In this document: in pieces, positions 27,594 to 36,870 of the stretch
How the letters are laid out: each line of letters opens with the position of its first letter
Position numbering within the stretch: position 1 is the first letter of the stretch
Assembly: GCA_009839835.1 (NCBI GenBank)
Contig: VXOY01000032.1
Span: 1 to 38,860, forward strand
Direction of reading: 5' to 3'
Length of the DNA stretch: 38,860 bases
Source of the DNA: Candidatus Spechtbacteria bacterium SB0662_bin_43
GTDB lineage: Bacteria > Patescibacteriota > Minisyncoccia > Spechtbacterales > 2-12-FULL-38-22
Translations under genes and position numbers: made by a program
The notes under the pieces: model-generated
Database searches by the model: none
What the model was told of the DNA's origin: nothing
What the model saw: the letters and a program-made list of their open reading frames with translations, nothing else

Positions 27594-30500
27594 TTACTCT
27601 GCGTGAAAACCTGTGCCTGCTGGAATTATTTTACCAATAATGACATTCTCTTTCAATCCAGTCAGGTTGTCGCATTTACCCTCAAGCGCTGCACGAATGA
27701 GAATACGAGATGTCTCTTGGAACGACGCAGCAGACAAAAACGAGTCAGTACTCAACGCGACTTTTGTGATACCCAACAAAACAGGAACACTCTTTATAGG
27801 TTGCTTTTTCGCTTTTTTCAACACCTCGTTCTCGTGCTTCAACTGGGCTGTAGAAATGATCTCGCCAACGCTCAATTGCGAATCCTTTGGGTCAATAATT
27901 TTCACCCGTGAGAACATTTGGCGAACAATAATCTCAATGTGCTTATTGTGAATAATCGCTCCATTGGAGTTATAAATTTCCTGTACCTCCATCACGATTT
28001 TTTTCTGCACCTCTTGTTTTGGAACCTGCTTATACAGATCTTTCAAATCAACGTGCCCCTCGGTGAGTTGCGAGCCAGCAACCACTTTCTCGCCTTTGCT
28101 CACGATTACCACCATATCTTGAGGAACTGCGTACTCTTTGATATCGCTCTTCTTCCCCTTTTTTGTCGTTGCATTCCGTGTTTCATATGAGATACGAACA
28201 AGGTACTCGTTGTCTTTTTTCTTAATATCCTTTACCGTACCATTCACATCAGAAATAATTGCCTGCCCTTTTGGAGAACGGGCTTCAAAAATTTCTTCAA
28301 TTCGCGGAAGCCCTTGCGTCACGTCTTGGGCGCTCGCAACACCCCCTGTATGGAATGTACGCATTGTCAGCTGTGTGCCTGGCTCCCCAATTGATTGAGC
28401 AGCAACCACCCCAACCGCAGCACCCTTCTTAACAGGTTCTCCGTTCGCCAGATCCAAACCATAGCAACGTGCGCACAGTCGTTCATCCATACACGACAAC
28501 GGACTGAAAATAAAAAGTGCCTGAATGCTTGTATCCTTACCGATGATTTTTGCTTGTTCGCTCCCAATATGGCTATTGCGCTTCACGATGACTTTGCGAC
28601 CCTTACCTTTAATATCCTTGACCGCCACCCGTCCATACACCTGTTCCTCAAAATCCTGACCCACGTTTTCACTATCAGCACGCAAGACCTCTGCACCATC
28701 CTTATCAGCGCACACATCGTTGTGTATGATAAGATCTTGCGCTACATCAACAAGCCTTCGCGTCAAATACCCTGCCTTTGCAGTACGCAGCGCCGTGTCT
28801 GTTGCCCCTTTTCGTGCGGCGTGCGTCGAAAGAAAGTACTCCAACGTTGTAAGACCCTCTTTATAGCTCGAGGTAACAGGAATTTCCATCGTCTGCCCTG
28901 AGGGGTTGATAACAGAACCCTTCATACCCATCATCTGCACCAGCTGTGTCTTTGAGCCACGCGCACCAGAGGAAACAATCATAGTTACTGATCCATGGTC
29001 ATCAAGGTATGACGAGAGTTTTTCCTCAATCTCTTGTTTGGTGCGATGCCACACCTCAATAATTTTATCGCTACGCTCCTTTGCGCTTAATAACCCTTCC
29101 TCAAACTGTTCTCGAATCGCACCCACCTCAGCAGACGCAGAATCAATAATATCGGATTTTTCGTTTGGAATAGTCAAGTCGTCCATTGCCCACGTTATGC
29201 CTGAGATTGTTGAGTAGTAAAATCCTAAATTTTTAACTTTATCCAACACATCAGTAGTCACATCCATGCCATATAAACTAAAAATATCAGATGTAACTCG
29301 CTTCATAGCGCCTGCGGCAAGTTCTTCGTTCACAAATGGAAAGTCTTCAGGGAGTATCTCATTGAATAGGATACGGCCTGCGGTTGTTTTCACAAAACGC
29401 TCACCTTCTTGTGCGTATTTTTCTAACCGTGCATTGCCTGCTACCCGTACTTGTATCTCTGCTTGTATCGCAATGAGACCTGCATCAAAGGCAAAAATTG
29501 CGTCATTCAAGGATGCAAACGATTTTCCTGTTCCTTCTGCATCTTTTTTGATCTTACTCATCCAGAAACATCCCAATACAATATCTTTTGTTGGGTTCAC
29601 GATTGGCGTACCTGTTGCAGGCTTAATAAGGTTCTTTGACGAGAGCATCAGGGTTCGCGCCTCCTCTTGCGCCTCTTCAGATAACGGAAGGTGTACTGCC
29701 ATCTGGTCTCCATCAAAGTCAGCGTTATACGCTGCACACACAAGCGGATGAAGCTGTATTGCATTACCTTCAATAAGGATAGGTTGGAACGCCTGTATTC
29801 CAAGGCGGTGGAGCGTTGGTGCGCGATTCAGAAGCACATACTTATCTGCTATCACCTCTTCAAGAATAGCCCACACTTCGGGCGGTGCCTCGTCAATCAA
29901 ACGGTTTGCTGCGCGAACATTGAACGCAAGTTCTCGTTCAATGATTTGGTTGATAACAAAAGGACGGAAAAGTTCAAGCGCCATCTTCTTTGGAAGACCA
30001 CACTGCGAAAACAAAAGATCAGGACCCACGACAATAACAGAACGACCAGAATAATCTACTCGCTTACCAAGCAGGTTCTGACGAAATCTCCCCTGTTTCC
30101 CTTTCAACATATCTGCTATCGATTTGAGGGTTCGCTTCCCGCCTGATGACGCAGCGGTGAGCGTCTGACCGCTACGCGCAGAGTTGTCAATCAGCGCATC
30201 AACTGCTTCTTGTAACATCCTTTTCTCATTACGAGTGATAACCTCTGGAGCATTGAGTTCTAACAACCGCTTCAACCTATTGTTTCTATTGATAACTCGC
30301 CTATATAAATCATTGAGATCGCTTGATGCATACCTTCCACCATCAAGCTGAACCATTGGTCGCAACTCAGGCGGTATCATTGGGAGATGAACCAAAAACA
30401 TCCATTCAGGACGAACGCCTGCCCGCTTCATTCTCTCCAAAAGGATAAGCCGCTTCTGTGCCTTATCTTTTTCCAACTTCTTGGCTGACTTCAACTCTTC

Positions 30501-31199
30501 TTGTATCTCTGCGATCTTCCCATCAAAATCTAATTCTTCAAATATCTTTCTTACAGGTGCTGCACCAGTAGATGCTTGGAATATTTCGCCGTACTTCAAG
30601 CTCATATCGTAGTAATCCGACTCATTCAAGATAGCAAGCACCTTCAATTCTTTGAGCCGTGTCAGTTCTGTATCCCTCGCCCTTTTTAGCTCGTCCCGAA
30701 TCTCCAAATCTTTCTCTGTCTTAGACTTCTTTTTGTACTCTTCTTGGACCCGTTGTATAACGTCCTCTCGCTGTTCATCATCGACCGTAACAACAATGTA
30801 ATGGTTGTAGTAAATAACTTTTTCCAGTTTGTTCAAAGGAACATTGAGAATAAGCCCCATAGCGCTTGAGATGCCGCGCAAAAACCAAATATGCGCAACA
30901 GGAACTGCTAACTCAATGTGCCCCATTCTTTCGCGCCGAACGCTGGAACGGGTAACCTCAACACCACACCTATCGCACACAACACCCTTGTAGCGAATCC
31001 GCCTATACTTCCCGCAGTAGCACTCGTAGTCTTTTTCAGGCCCAAATATCCGCTCGTCAAAAAGCCCGTCCCGCTCTGGTTTTTGGGTACGATAATTGAT
31101 TGTCTCTGGTTTGATGACCTCACCGTGCGACCACTCAAGAATATCGTCTGGTGACGCAATTTTTAGTTTTATGGATTTAAAATTGGATACTTTTGCCAT
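27594..31199 (-). CDS. rpoC: RNA polymerase beta' subunit
   Basis: Catalytic motif NADFDGDQM, GKRVDYSGRSVI, SIGEPGTQLTMRTFH. Confidence 0.99.
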   Translation of the reverse strand: MAKVSNFKSIKLKIASPDDILEWSHGEVIKPETINYRTQKPERDGLFDERIFGPEKDYECYCGKYRRIRYKGVVCDRCGVEVTRSSVRRERMGHIELAVPVAHIWFLRGISSAMGLILNVPLNKLEKVIYYNHYIVVTVDDEQREDVIQRVQEEYKKKSKTEKDLEIRDELKRARDTELTRLKELKVLAILNESDYYDMSLKYGEIFQASTGAAPVRKIFEELDFDGKIAEIQEELKSAKKLEKDKAQKRLILLERMKRAGVRPEWMFLVHLPMIPPELRPMVQLDGGRYASSDLNDLYRRVINRNNRLKRLLELNAPEVITRNEKRMLQEAVDALIDNSARSGQTLTAASSGGKRTLKSIADMLKGKQGRFRQNLLGKRVDYSGRSVIVVGPDLLFSQCGLPKKMALELFRPFVINQIIERELAFNVRAANRLIDEAPPEVWAILEEVIADKYVLLNRAPTLHRLGIQAFQPILIEGNAIQLHPLVCAAYNADFDGDQMAVHLPLSEEAQEEARTLMLSSKNLIKPATGTPIVNPTKDIVLGCFWMSKIKKDAEGTGKSFASLNDAIFAFDAGLIAIQAEIQVRVAGNARLEKYAQEGERFVKTTAGRILFNEILPEDFPFVNEELAAGAMKRVTSDIFSLYGMDVTTDVLDKVKNLGFYYSTISGITWAMDDLTIPNEKSDIIDSASAEVGAIREQFEEGLLSAKERSDKIIEVWHRTKQEIEEKLSSYLDDHGSVTMIVSSGARGSKTQLVQMMGMKGSVINPSGQTMEIPVTSSYKEGLTTLEYFLSTHAARKGATDTALRTAKAGYLTRRLVDVAQDLIIHNDVCADKDGAEVLRADSENVGQDFEEQVYGRVAVKDIKGKGRKVIVKRNSHIGSEQAKIIGKDTSIQALFIFSPLSCMDERLCARCYGLDLANGEPVKKGAAVGVVAAQSIGEPGTQLTMRTFHTGGVASAQDVTQGLPRIEEIFEARSPKGQAIISDVNGTVKDIKKKDNEYLVRISYETRNATTKKGKKSDIKEYAVPQDMVVIVSKGEKVVAGSQLTEGHVDLKDLYKQVPKQEVQKKIVMEVQEIYNSNGAIIHNKHIEIIVRQMFSRVKIIDPKDSQLSVGEIISTAQLKHENEVLKKAKKQPIKSVPVLLGITKVALSTDSFLSAASFQETSRILIRAALEGKCDNLTGLKENVIIGKIIPAGTGFHAE

Positions 31200-31200
31200 A

Positions 31201-34200
31201 TTAATCTTCTTTAGTTTCCTCTATTTCTACATTGAGCCCAAGACCTTTAATTTCGTTCACAAGCACGTTGAACGATTCGGGGATATTCGGTTTTTTTATC
31301 TCTTCCCCTTTAATGATTGATTCGTATGCACTGGAGCGACCAAGCACATCGTCTGATTTAATCGTCAGAATTTCCTGTAAATTGTGTGCTGCCCCATACC
31401 CTTCCAGAGCCCACACCTCCATTTCTCCAAATCGCTGCCCTCCGAACTGCGCCTTTCCACCAAGTGGTTGCTGGGTAATAAGAGAATAAGGACCGATAGA
31501 ACGCATATGTATTTTATCCTCAACCATATGCACTAACTTCATAATATACATATACCCAACAGTAACGGGTTGATGGAACGGTTCCCCTGTTTGACCATCT
31601 CGCAACGTAATCTTTCCATCTTCAGGCAGACCTGCTCGCACCAGCTCGCTTTTAATATCTGCCTCTGTTGCACCAGAAAACGCAGGAGTAATCGCCCTGT
31701 AGCCAAGCGTACCAGCAGCCCATCCCAAATGAACCTCCAAGATTTGACCGATATTCATACGGCTCGGTACGCCAAGAGGATTCAGGATAATATCAACAGG
31801 CGTTCCATCAGGAGCAAACGGCATCTCTTCCTCGGGTAATACCCGCGAAATAACTCCTTTGTTTCCATGTCGTCCTGCCAACTTATCCCCTGCCTCAATT
31901 TTGCGCAACTCCGCGATTTCAACCTGTATCTTTTTGATAACTCCTGTTGGTAGCTTCTCGCCATTATCACGAGAAAATACCGTGATACCAACAACTCTCC
32001 CTCGTTTCCCGTGCGGCATCCGTAACGATGTGTCTTTCACGTCTCGTGCCTTTTCACCGAAAATAGCACGCAGCAGTCGTTCTTCGCTTGTCAAATCTGC
32101 CTCGCCCTTTGGTGAAATTTTCCCAACCAAGATGTCGCCAGGACCAACATCAGCACCAATGCGTACGATGCCCTCCTCGTCTAAATTGCGCAACTTATCC
32201 TCGCCAACATTTGGAATATCAGGCGTTGTGATTTCAGGACCTAATTTTGTCTCCCGCACATCAGTACTTTGATCCTCAATGTACACAGAACTCAAAACAT
32301 CGTCCTTTACCAGCCGCTCGTTCAACACAATCGCATCCTCAAAGTTACACCCTCGCCACGACATAAACGCAACCAGTAAATTTTTACCAAGTGATAGAAA
32401 CCCATCTTTTACCGAAGAGGTGTCAGCAAGAATATCACCCTTCTTCACGACAGCCCCAGCGTTGACTTTTGCAGATTGATGAATAACAGTGTACTGGTTG
32501 CCGCGGACAAAATTGTTGAGGTCGTATTGTTTTGTATGGCTTGCCTGTTTTTTTGTCGCGTTGTACCGCACTTTAATGTGCTTTGCATCTGAAGAGACCA
32601 CTTTTCCATTGCTTTCAGCGATCACAAGGAGTCCTGAGTCTCGCGCCACCCGCTCTTCTAAACCAGTGCCCACAAACGGATCCTCGGGTCGGATACATGG
32701 AACCGCCTGCCGTTGCATATTAGAGGCCATCAACGCCCGCTTTGCATCGTCGTGTTCAATAAACGGTACAAGCGCTGTTGCAACCGAGATAAACTGTTTT
32801 GGAGAAACATCAATATACTGTATTTTTTTCGTTGGTATCTGTGTTGGTGTTCCACGAAACCTGCAGCTCACTTCCTTATCTAAAATAACACCATCTTTGA
32901 TAGTAATATCTGTGGTGCCTGCCGCAATGTATGCTCTCTCCTCCTGCAACGCGTTTAGGTAGTGAATCTCGTTCGTTATTTTTCCATTTTTCACAACGTA
33001 GTAAGGGGTCTCCAAAAATCCAAACCCATTGATTCTTGCAAAAATAGACAGCCTCCCCACAAGCCCAATGTTCGGACCCTCAGGAGTCTGTATCGGACAG
33101 ATACGCCCATAGTGGGATGGCTGAACATCTCGCACCTCAAACCCTGCCCTGTCGCGCGTCAACCCACCAGGACCTGTTGCAGAAAGAATCCTCTTGTGCT
33201 CAAGTTCTGCCAATGGATTCGTATTATCCATGAATTGAGACAGCTGGCTGCTTGCAAAAAACTCATTCACAACAGACGCAACGGGACGAATGTTAATAAT
33301 TTGAGACGGTGTAATTGAGTCAATATCCAGAGTAGACATCTTGTCTTTTGCAATCCTCTCCATTCTTGTTAAACCTAGTCGCAGACGATTTTGGAGCGTC
33401 TCACCAACAGAACGAACTCGACGATTTCCCAGATGATCTATATCGTCTGGAACTGCGTCGTGGTCGTTATTCATACGTATAATCTCTGCGATAATCCGTA
33501 TCACATCATTTTTATGGAGAACCCGTTCCTCTTTCGTGTACGAAAATCCATCCTTTGCCTCCTTCGGTGTATCACCTGTTATCTCAAACAACTCCCCCAA
33601 ACGTTGGTCTGTTTTCCACCGCCCAACATTCGACAAATCATACCTGTCAAAATTGAAAAAGGTGTTTTCCACAAGAGACTGCGCGTTTTCAGGCGTCGCA
33701 AGGTCGCCTGGACGAATCCTCTTGTATATTTCAATAAATGCCTCTACTTGGTTTTTCGCAGCGTCTTGTTTGAGGGTCTCTGCAATGTACTGCACGCTCC
33801 CAGTATCAACCTTTTGAAACGCCTTTTTGATATCAGCTGTGCTCATCCCAAACGCACGCAACAACGTTGTTGCTGCAACCTTTCTTTTTCTGTCTATTTT
33901 TACGTAAATAACATCGGTATACTCTGTCTCAAACTCAAGCCACGCACCTCTGTTCGGAATAATCTTGGCACAAAAAAGATGTTTGCCTCGCGACATCACA
34001 TCTGTGAAGAACACTCCTGACGAACGAATAAGTTGAGAAATCATCACTCGACCCACCCCATTGATGATAAAAGTTCCTCGTTCGGTCATAATAGGGAATG
34101 TCCCTAAATAAATCTCCTGCTCTTTGATCTCCCCTGTTTTCTTCACTAAAAGCTGTGCAGTAACGCGCAACGCAGATTCATAAGATGCGTTCTGCCTACG

Positions 34201-34425
34201 CGCCTCTACTTCGTTATACTTTGGTTCCTCAAACTTGTAGTCGCCAAACGATACCTCTAATTCCTTGCCTGAAAAATCAGTAATAGGAGAAACCTCATCC
34301 AGCAACGAACGAAGTCCAGAGGCGAGGAACCATTCGTACGATGCTCGCTGTATCTCCAGTAGGTTTGGTATCTCTGTTTCCTTGTGGGAATACCGAGAAA
34401 AAACTTTTGTTTTGATGGTAGTCAT
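31201..34425 (-). CDS. rpoB: RNA polymerase beta subunit
   Basis: SQLSQFMD..NPL, HYGRICPI.TPEGPNIG, GDKLAGRHGNKG, GGQRFGEMEVW. Confidence 0.99.
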   Translation of the reverse strand: MTTIKTKVFSRYSHKETEIPNLLEIQRASYEWFLASGLRSLLDEVSPITDFSGKELEVSFGDYKFEEPKYNEVEARRQNASYESALRVTAQLLVKKTGEIKEQEIYLGTFPIMTERGTFIINGVGRVMISQLIRSSGVFFTDVMSRGKHLFCAKIIPNRGAWLEFETEYTDVIYVKIDRKRKVAATTLLRAFGMSTADIKKAFQKVDTGSVQYIAETLKQDAAKNQVEAFIEIYKRIRPGDLATPENAQSLVENTFFNFDRYDLSNVGRWKTDQRLGELFEITGDTPKEAKDGFSYTKEERVLHKNDVIRIIAEIIRMNNDHDAVPDDIDHLGNRRVRSVGETLQNRLRLGLTRMERIAKDKMSTLDIDSITPSQIINIRPVASVVNEFFASSQLSQFMDNTNPLAELEHKRILSATGPGGLTRDRAGFEVRDVQPSHYGRICPIQTPEGPNIGLVGRLSIFARINGFGFLETPYYVVKNGKITNEIHYLNALQEERAYIAAGTTDITIKDGVILDKEVSCRFRGTPTQIPTKKIQYIDVSPKQFISVATALVPFIEHDDAKRALMASNMQRQAVPCIRPEDPFVGTGLEERVARDSGLLVIAESNGKVVSSDAKHIKVRYNATKKQASHTKQYDLNNFVRGNQYTVIHQSAKVNAGAVVKKGDILADTSSVKDGFLSLGKNLLVAFMSWRGCNFEDAIVLNERLVKDDVLSSVYIEDQSTDVRETKLGPEITTPDIPNVGEDKLRNLDEEGIVRIGADVGPGDILVGKISPKGEADLTSEERLLRAIFGEKARDVKDTSLRMPHGKRGRVVGITVFSRDNGEKLPTGVIKKIQVEIAELRKIEAGDKLAGRHGNKGVISRVLPEEEMPFAPDGTPVDIILNPLGVPSRMNIGQILEVHLGWAAGTLGYRAITPAFSGATEADIKSELVRAGLPEDGKITLRDGQTGEPFHQPVTVGYMYIMKLVHMVEDKIHMRSIGPYSLITQQPLGGKAQFGGQRFGEMEVWALEGYGAAHNLQEILTIKSDDVLGRSSAYESIIKGEEIKKPNIPESFNVLVNEIKGLGLNVEIEETKED

Positions 34426-34555
34426 AGTGAGTGGGTTTTAGGGTGAAAAAATTACAACAGAACACCTGCCATTGTTACGGCAGTTTCTAAAATGCACTAT
34501 AATAAACCCAGCGTGCGAACATTGATCTCCCGCACACTGCTTGTTTGTTCTTTTT

Positions 34556-34584
34556 ATTGTAATACACTATGTTTATTTCGTCAA
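34556..34584 (-). promoter_or_regulatory. sigma70-type promoter of rpoBC
   Basis: TTGACG-17 nt-TACAAT on the minus strand, giving a leader of about 125 nt. Confidence 0.7.
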
Positions 34585-34610
34585 ACTATGTTTCCCAAGA
34601 AAAAATCATA

Positions 34611-34754
34611 CCTCTCTCTCCCTCATTCTCCCTTCCCTCTCCCTCTTTCTCCTTCTCCTTTCCTCCCCCACCTATCTCTTCCTCTCTTTTCTCTCTCCTT
34701 TTTCCCTCTTCCCCTCCCTCTTTTTTTCTCTTCTCTCTTCCTCCCCCTCCTCTC
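34611..34754. repeat. polypyrimidine/polypurine low-complexity tract
   Basis: 144 nt of C/T on the + strand, with only three A and no G. Confidence 0.9.
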
Positions 34755-34905
34755 ACACACTGGAATCTGGAATATGGAACAAAAATAAAAACAGGCAGAT
34801 GGGTTGGTAGGGATACAATTCTTTCAAAAGGTATCGTCAAGGAGTGATTGAAATTAACTGATTTTAGAAAACACGCATTTTTGGGGATAATTCGGTGTTT
34901 TGAAT

Positions 34906-34934
34906 ATTTAATTTCAACCCCCTTGAAATTAAAT
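34906..34934. promoter_or_regulatory. 12-bp inverted repeat, operator-like
   Basis: ATTTAATTTCAA-CCCCC-TTGAAATTAAAT, plus an extra half-site TTGAAATTAA at 34848-34857. Confidence 0.5.
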
Positions 34935-35054
34935 GAAAGTACGAAACGGCTATGGATATAAAAAGATACCTTTGGTAGAGAAGAATCAATAACACAGAAT
35001 TTGGTCGTACTGAGTTAAGAACATAAATAGGTTCATAGATAAGATTAAAGAGTA

Positions 35055-35081
35055 AATCCCCCCGCTTGTAGCGGGGGGATT
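35055..35081 (-). terminator. intrinsic terminator of the 95-aa gene
   Basis: AATCCCCCCGCT/AGCGGGGGGATT stem, followed on the minus strand by T-rich sequence. Confidence 0.7.
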
Positions 35082-35086
35082 ACCCC

Positions 35087-35374
35087 TCAGAGAAGGAGAG
35101 GAGAGTGCGGCTCCAGGATGTCGCCATCAAATGGCTCCAGGTAGTAGTCAAGGATAGGTCTTCCGTCGTCATGGATGTCAACGGTGTACCACCCTTTTCG
35201 AACCCACCACTCTGGGTGACCATAGTGCTTCTCACAGAGCCTGCAAAAGAATGCTTTACAGGGATTTCTCGCTCCCCTCTCCTTTGCTCGCACCCCATTC
35301 ATCACAACATTGCGATGCCTGGGACACTTCACCTCTCTGCGTCCTGGTACTATATGAGGTCGAATTCCAGGCAT
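35087..35374 (-). CDS. small hypothetical protein, putative Zn-binding (CxxH...CxxC)
   Basis: GGAGG shortly before the ATG, an upstream TTGACT...TGnTATAAA, a downstream terminator, and motifs CPRH and CRLC. Confidence 0.6.
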   Translation of the reverse strand: MPGIRPHIVPGRREVKCPRHRNVVMNGVRAKERGARNPCKAFFCRLCEKHYGHPEWWVRKGWYTVDIHDDGRPILDYYLEPFDGDILEPHSPLLL

Positions 35375-35465
35375 CTCTGCCTCCCTTCAGTACATTCTTT
35401 ATAACATATTTTCAAAAAAAGTCAATACCTATAGCGCCCCTCAATTATTGACTATGACACATATA

Positions 35466-35494
35466 TTGACATAAAGCATATAGTATGTTATGCT
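35466..35494 (+). promoter_or_regulatory. sigma70-type promoter of the 20-aa peptide gene
   Basis: TTGACA-17 nt-TATGCT with an extended -10 TG. Confidence 0.7.
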
Positions 35495-35528
35495 ATATAT
35501 ACCTGTCAGCAGTTAGAAAGGATACGAG

Positions 35529-35591
35529 ATGGACGCCGAGATTGCGACGCTCGCAATCCTTGCTGGGCTTTTCGTTCTCAGTCTGTTGTGA
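35529..35591 (+). CDS. 20-aa hydrophobic peptide MDAEIATLAILAGLFVLSLL (below the ORF-track cutoff)
   Basis: Has its own promoter, an SD AGAAAGGA 6 nt before the ATG, a TGA stop and its own terminator. Confidence 0.65.
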   Translation: MDAEIATLAILAGLFVLSLL

Positions 35592-35604
35592 TTGCAGCAC
35601 TCTT

Positions 35605-35638
35605 GCAGAGGAGAGTATAAACCCTCTGCTTTTGTTTT
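35605..35638 (+). terminator. intrinsic terminator
   Basis: GCAGAGG/CCTCTGC stem followed by TTTTGTTTT. Confidence 0.7.
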
Positions 35639-35705
35639 AATACAATTATTCGGATCTACCCATTGCCTCAACCCTTCTTGTGTAATGTATGCTCCGCAAC
35701 AGAGC

Positions 35706-35736
35706 ATATAAACATAATGAACAATTATGGTTTTAC
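35706..35736 (+). other. putative tyrosine-recombinase crossover site A (dif-like), overlapping the pilin A start codon
   Basis: ATATAAACATAA-TGAACAA-TTATGGTTTTAC. Same core as site B, in opposite orientation. Confidence 0.65.
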
Positions 35737-36256
35737 CTTGATTGAGTTACTTGTTGTGATTGCAATTATAGGAACTCTATCTACGATAGGTTTCATTGCT
35801 CTTACATCCTCACAAGAGGGGGCAAATGAGTCCGTGACGGTTAGTGAGTTGCAAACAATACGGTCTGCAATCACTATTAACTATGTATCAGCGGCTGGAC
35901 TACCAGAGGTCGTGGGTGGTAAAGGGGCTATAAAACTAAAGACAAGTACATCGGCAGGTATTTTGGGATGTGAGTTGGCGAATACCGCAAGCTCTATTGG
36001 CACAAAGTTGGCAGGAAAGGTTGAGGGTATTGATTGGAGCAAATATGTGTTCTGTGCTGATAAAGCAGGAAAAGGAGACGGGGCAAGAACGGTTTTGATT
36101 GGTACAGTTGCGGGAGGAGCATTGGATTCAAAACACACATTCTTGGGTGGTAGCGCAAAAGATGTAGTGCCTGTAGGAAATGGAGTAGTAGGCTTAGATT
36201 GTAGCCTAAAAACAGCACCTACAAAAACGATACCCTGTATAAAAATAGAGAAATAA
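35717..36256 (+). CDS. type IV pilin-like protein A (possibly a silent cassette)
   Basis: Class III signal MNNYG|FTLIELLVVIAIIG and 4 Cys in the variable domain. No clear SD. Confidence 0.88.
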   Translation: MNNYGFTLIELLVVIAIIGTLSTIGFIALTSSQEGANESVTVSELQTIRSAITINYVSAAGLPEVVGGKGAIKLKTSTSAGILGCELANTASSIGTKLAGKVEGIDWSKYVFCADKAGKGDGARTVLIGTVAGGALDSKHTFLGGSAKDVVPVGNGVVGLDCSLKTAPTKTIPCIKIEK

Positions 36257-36274
36257 CATAGTGTATTCCTCGCA

Positions 36275-36310
36275 ATACAAAAAACACCTCGTTTGAGGTG
36301 TTTTTTGTAT
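36275..36310. terminator. bidirectional terminator between the convergent pilins
   Basis: 16-bp perfect stem ATACAAAAAACACCTC/GAGGTGTTTTTTGTAT with A/T tracts on both sides. Confidence 0.85.
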
Positions 36311-36336
36311 GATGCTATGTGCAATATGTCTATGGA

Positions 36337-36870
36337 TTACGGTGTAAGTGTTCCAACACAGTAAAGCCCTCCTGTTGTACCACCCGCTATACATGTAATT
36401 TGCTTCGGTGCTGTAGAACCACCGTATGTTCCTGCAGCCGCACCGCCATTAGGTAATGCTCCTTTTAGTGTTGTTGCTACTAAAAACTTACTTCCTGTGC
36501 CATCACTACAATAAAAGTAGTTGTCTTTATCCACGCCCGTAAGCTGTCCAATCATACTACCAAGAGGTGTTGCTGATGCTCCCGTTGTCGTTGCTGATGT
36601 CTTTGAGGTGTGGTCAGCCGCTGTGGTGTCTGTGTTTTGTCCATCTAACCTTATACAATCCTCACTTCCAGCAGTTACAATAGGATATACTCTATTTTTG
36701 GAAAGCTCAACAGTCGCTGCAGACCTTATGCTTTGTAGCTCTGCTAACCTTTTTGCATCATCTGCACCATCGCTTGCCCCACTTAGAGCCAAGAACCCAA
36801 TCGTTGATAGAGTTCCTATGATTGCAATAACTACCAGTAACTCAATCAAGGTAAAACCATAATTGTTCAT
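36337..36870 (-). CDS. type IV pilin-like protein B (promoter/RBS-linked copy)
   Basis: MNNYG|FTLIELLVVIAIIG and 4 Cys. GAGGG SD-like motif and TGnTATGAT extended -10 upstream. Confidence 0.9.
   Translation of the reverse strand: MNNYGFTLIELLVVIAIIGTLSTIGFLALSGASDGADDAKRLAELQSIRSAATVELSKNRVYPIVTAGSEDCIRLDGQNTDTTAADHTSKTSATTTGASATPLGSMIGQLTGVDKDNYFYCSDGTGSKFLVATTLKGALPNGGAAAGTYGGSTAPKQITCIAGGTTGGLYCVGTLTP

Noticed and set aside
34492-34847. Several ORFs (E/G/K/R-rich or S/P/L/F-rich) across the CT tract
   Set aside because: These are artefacts of a stop-free low-complexity tract, with no start signals.
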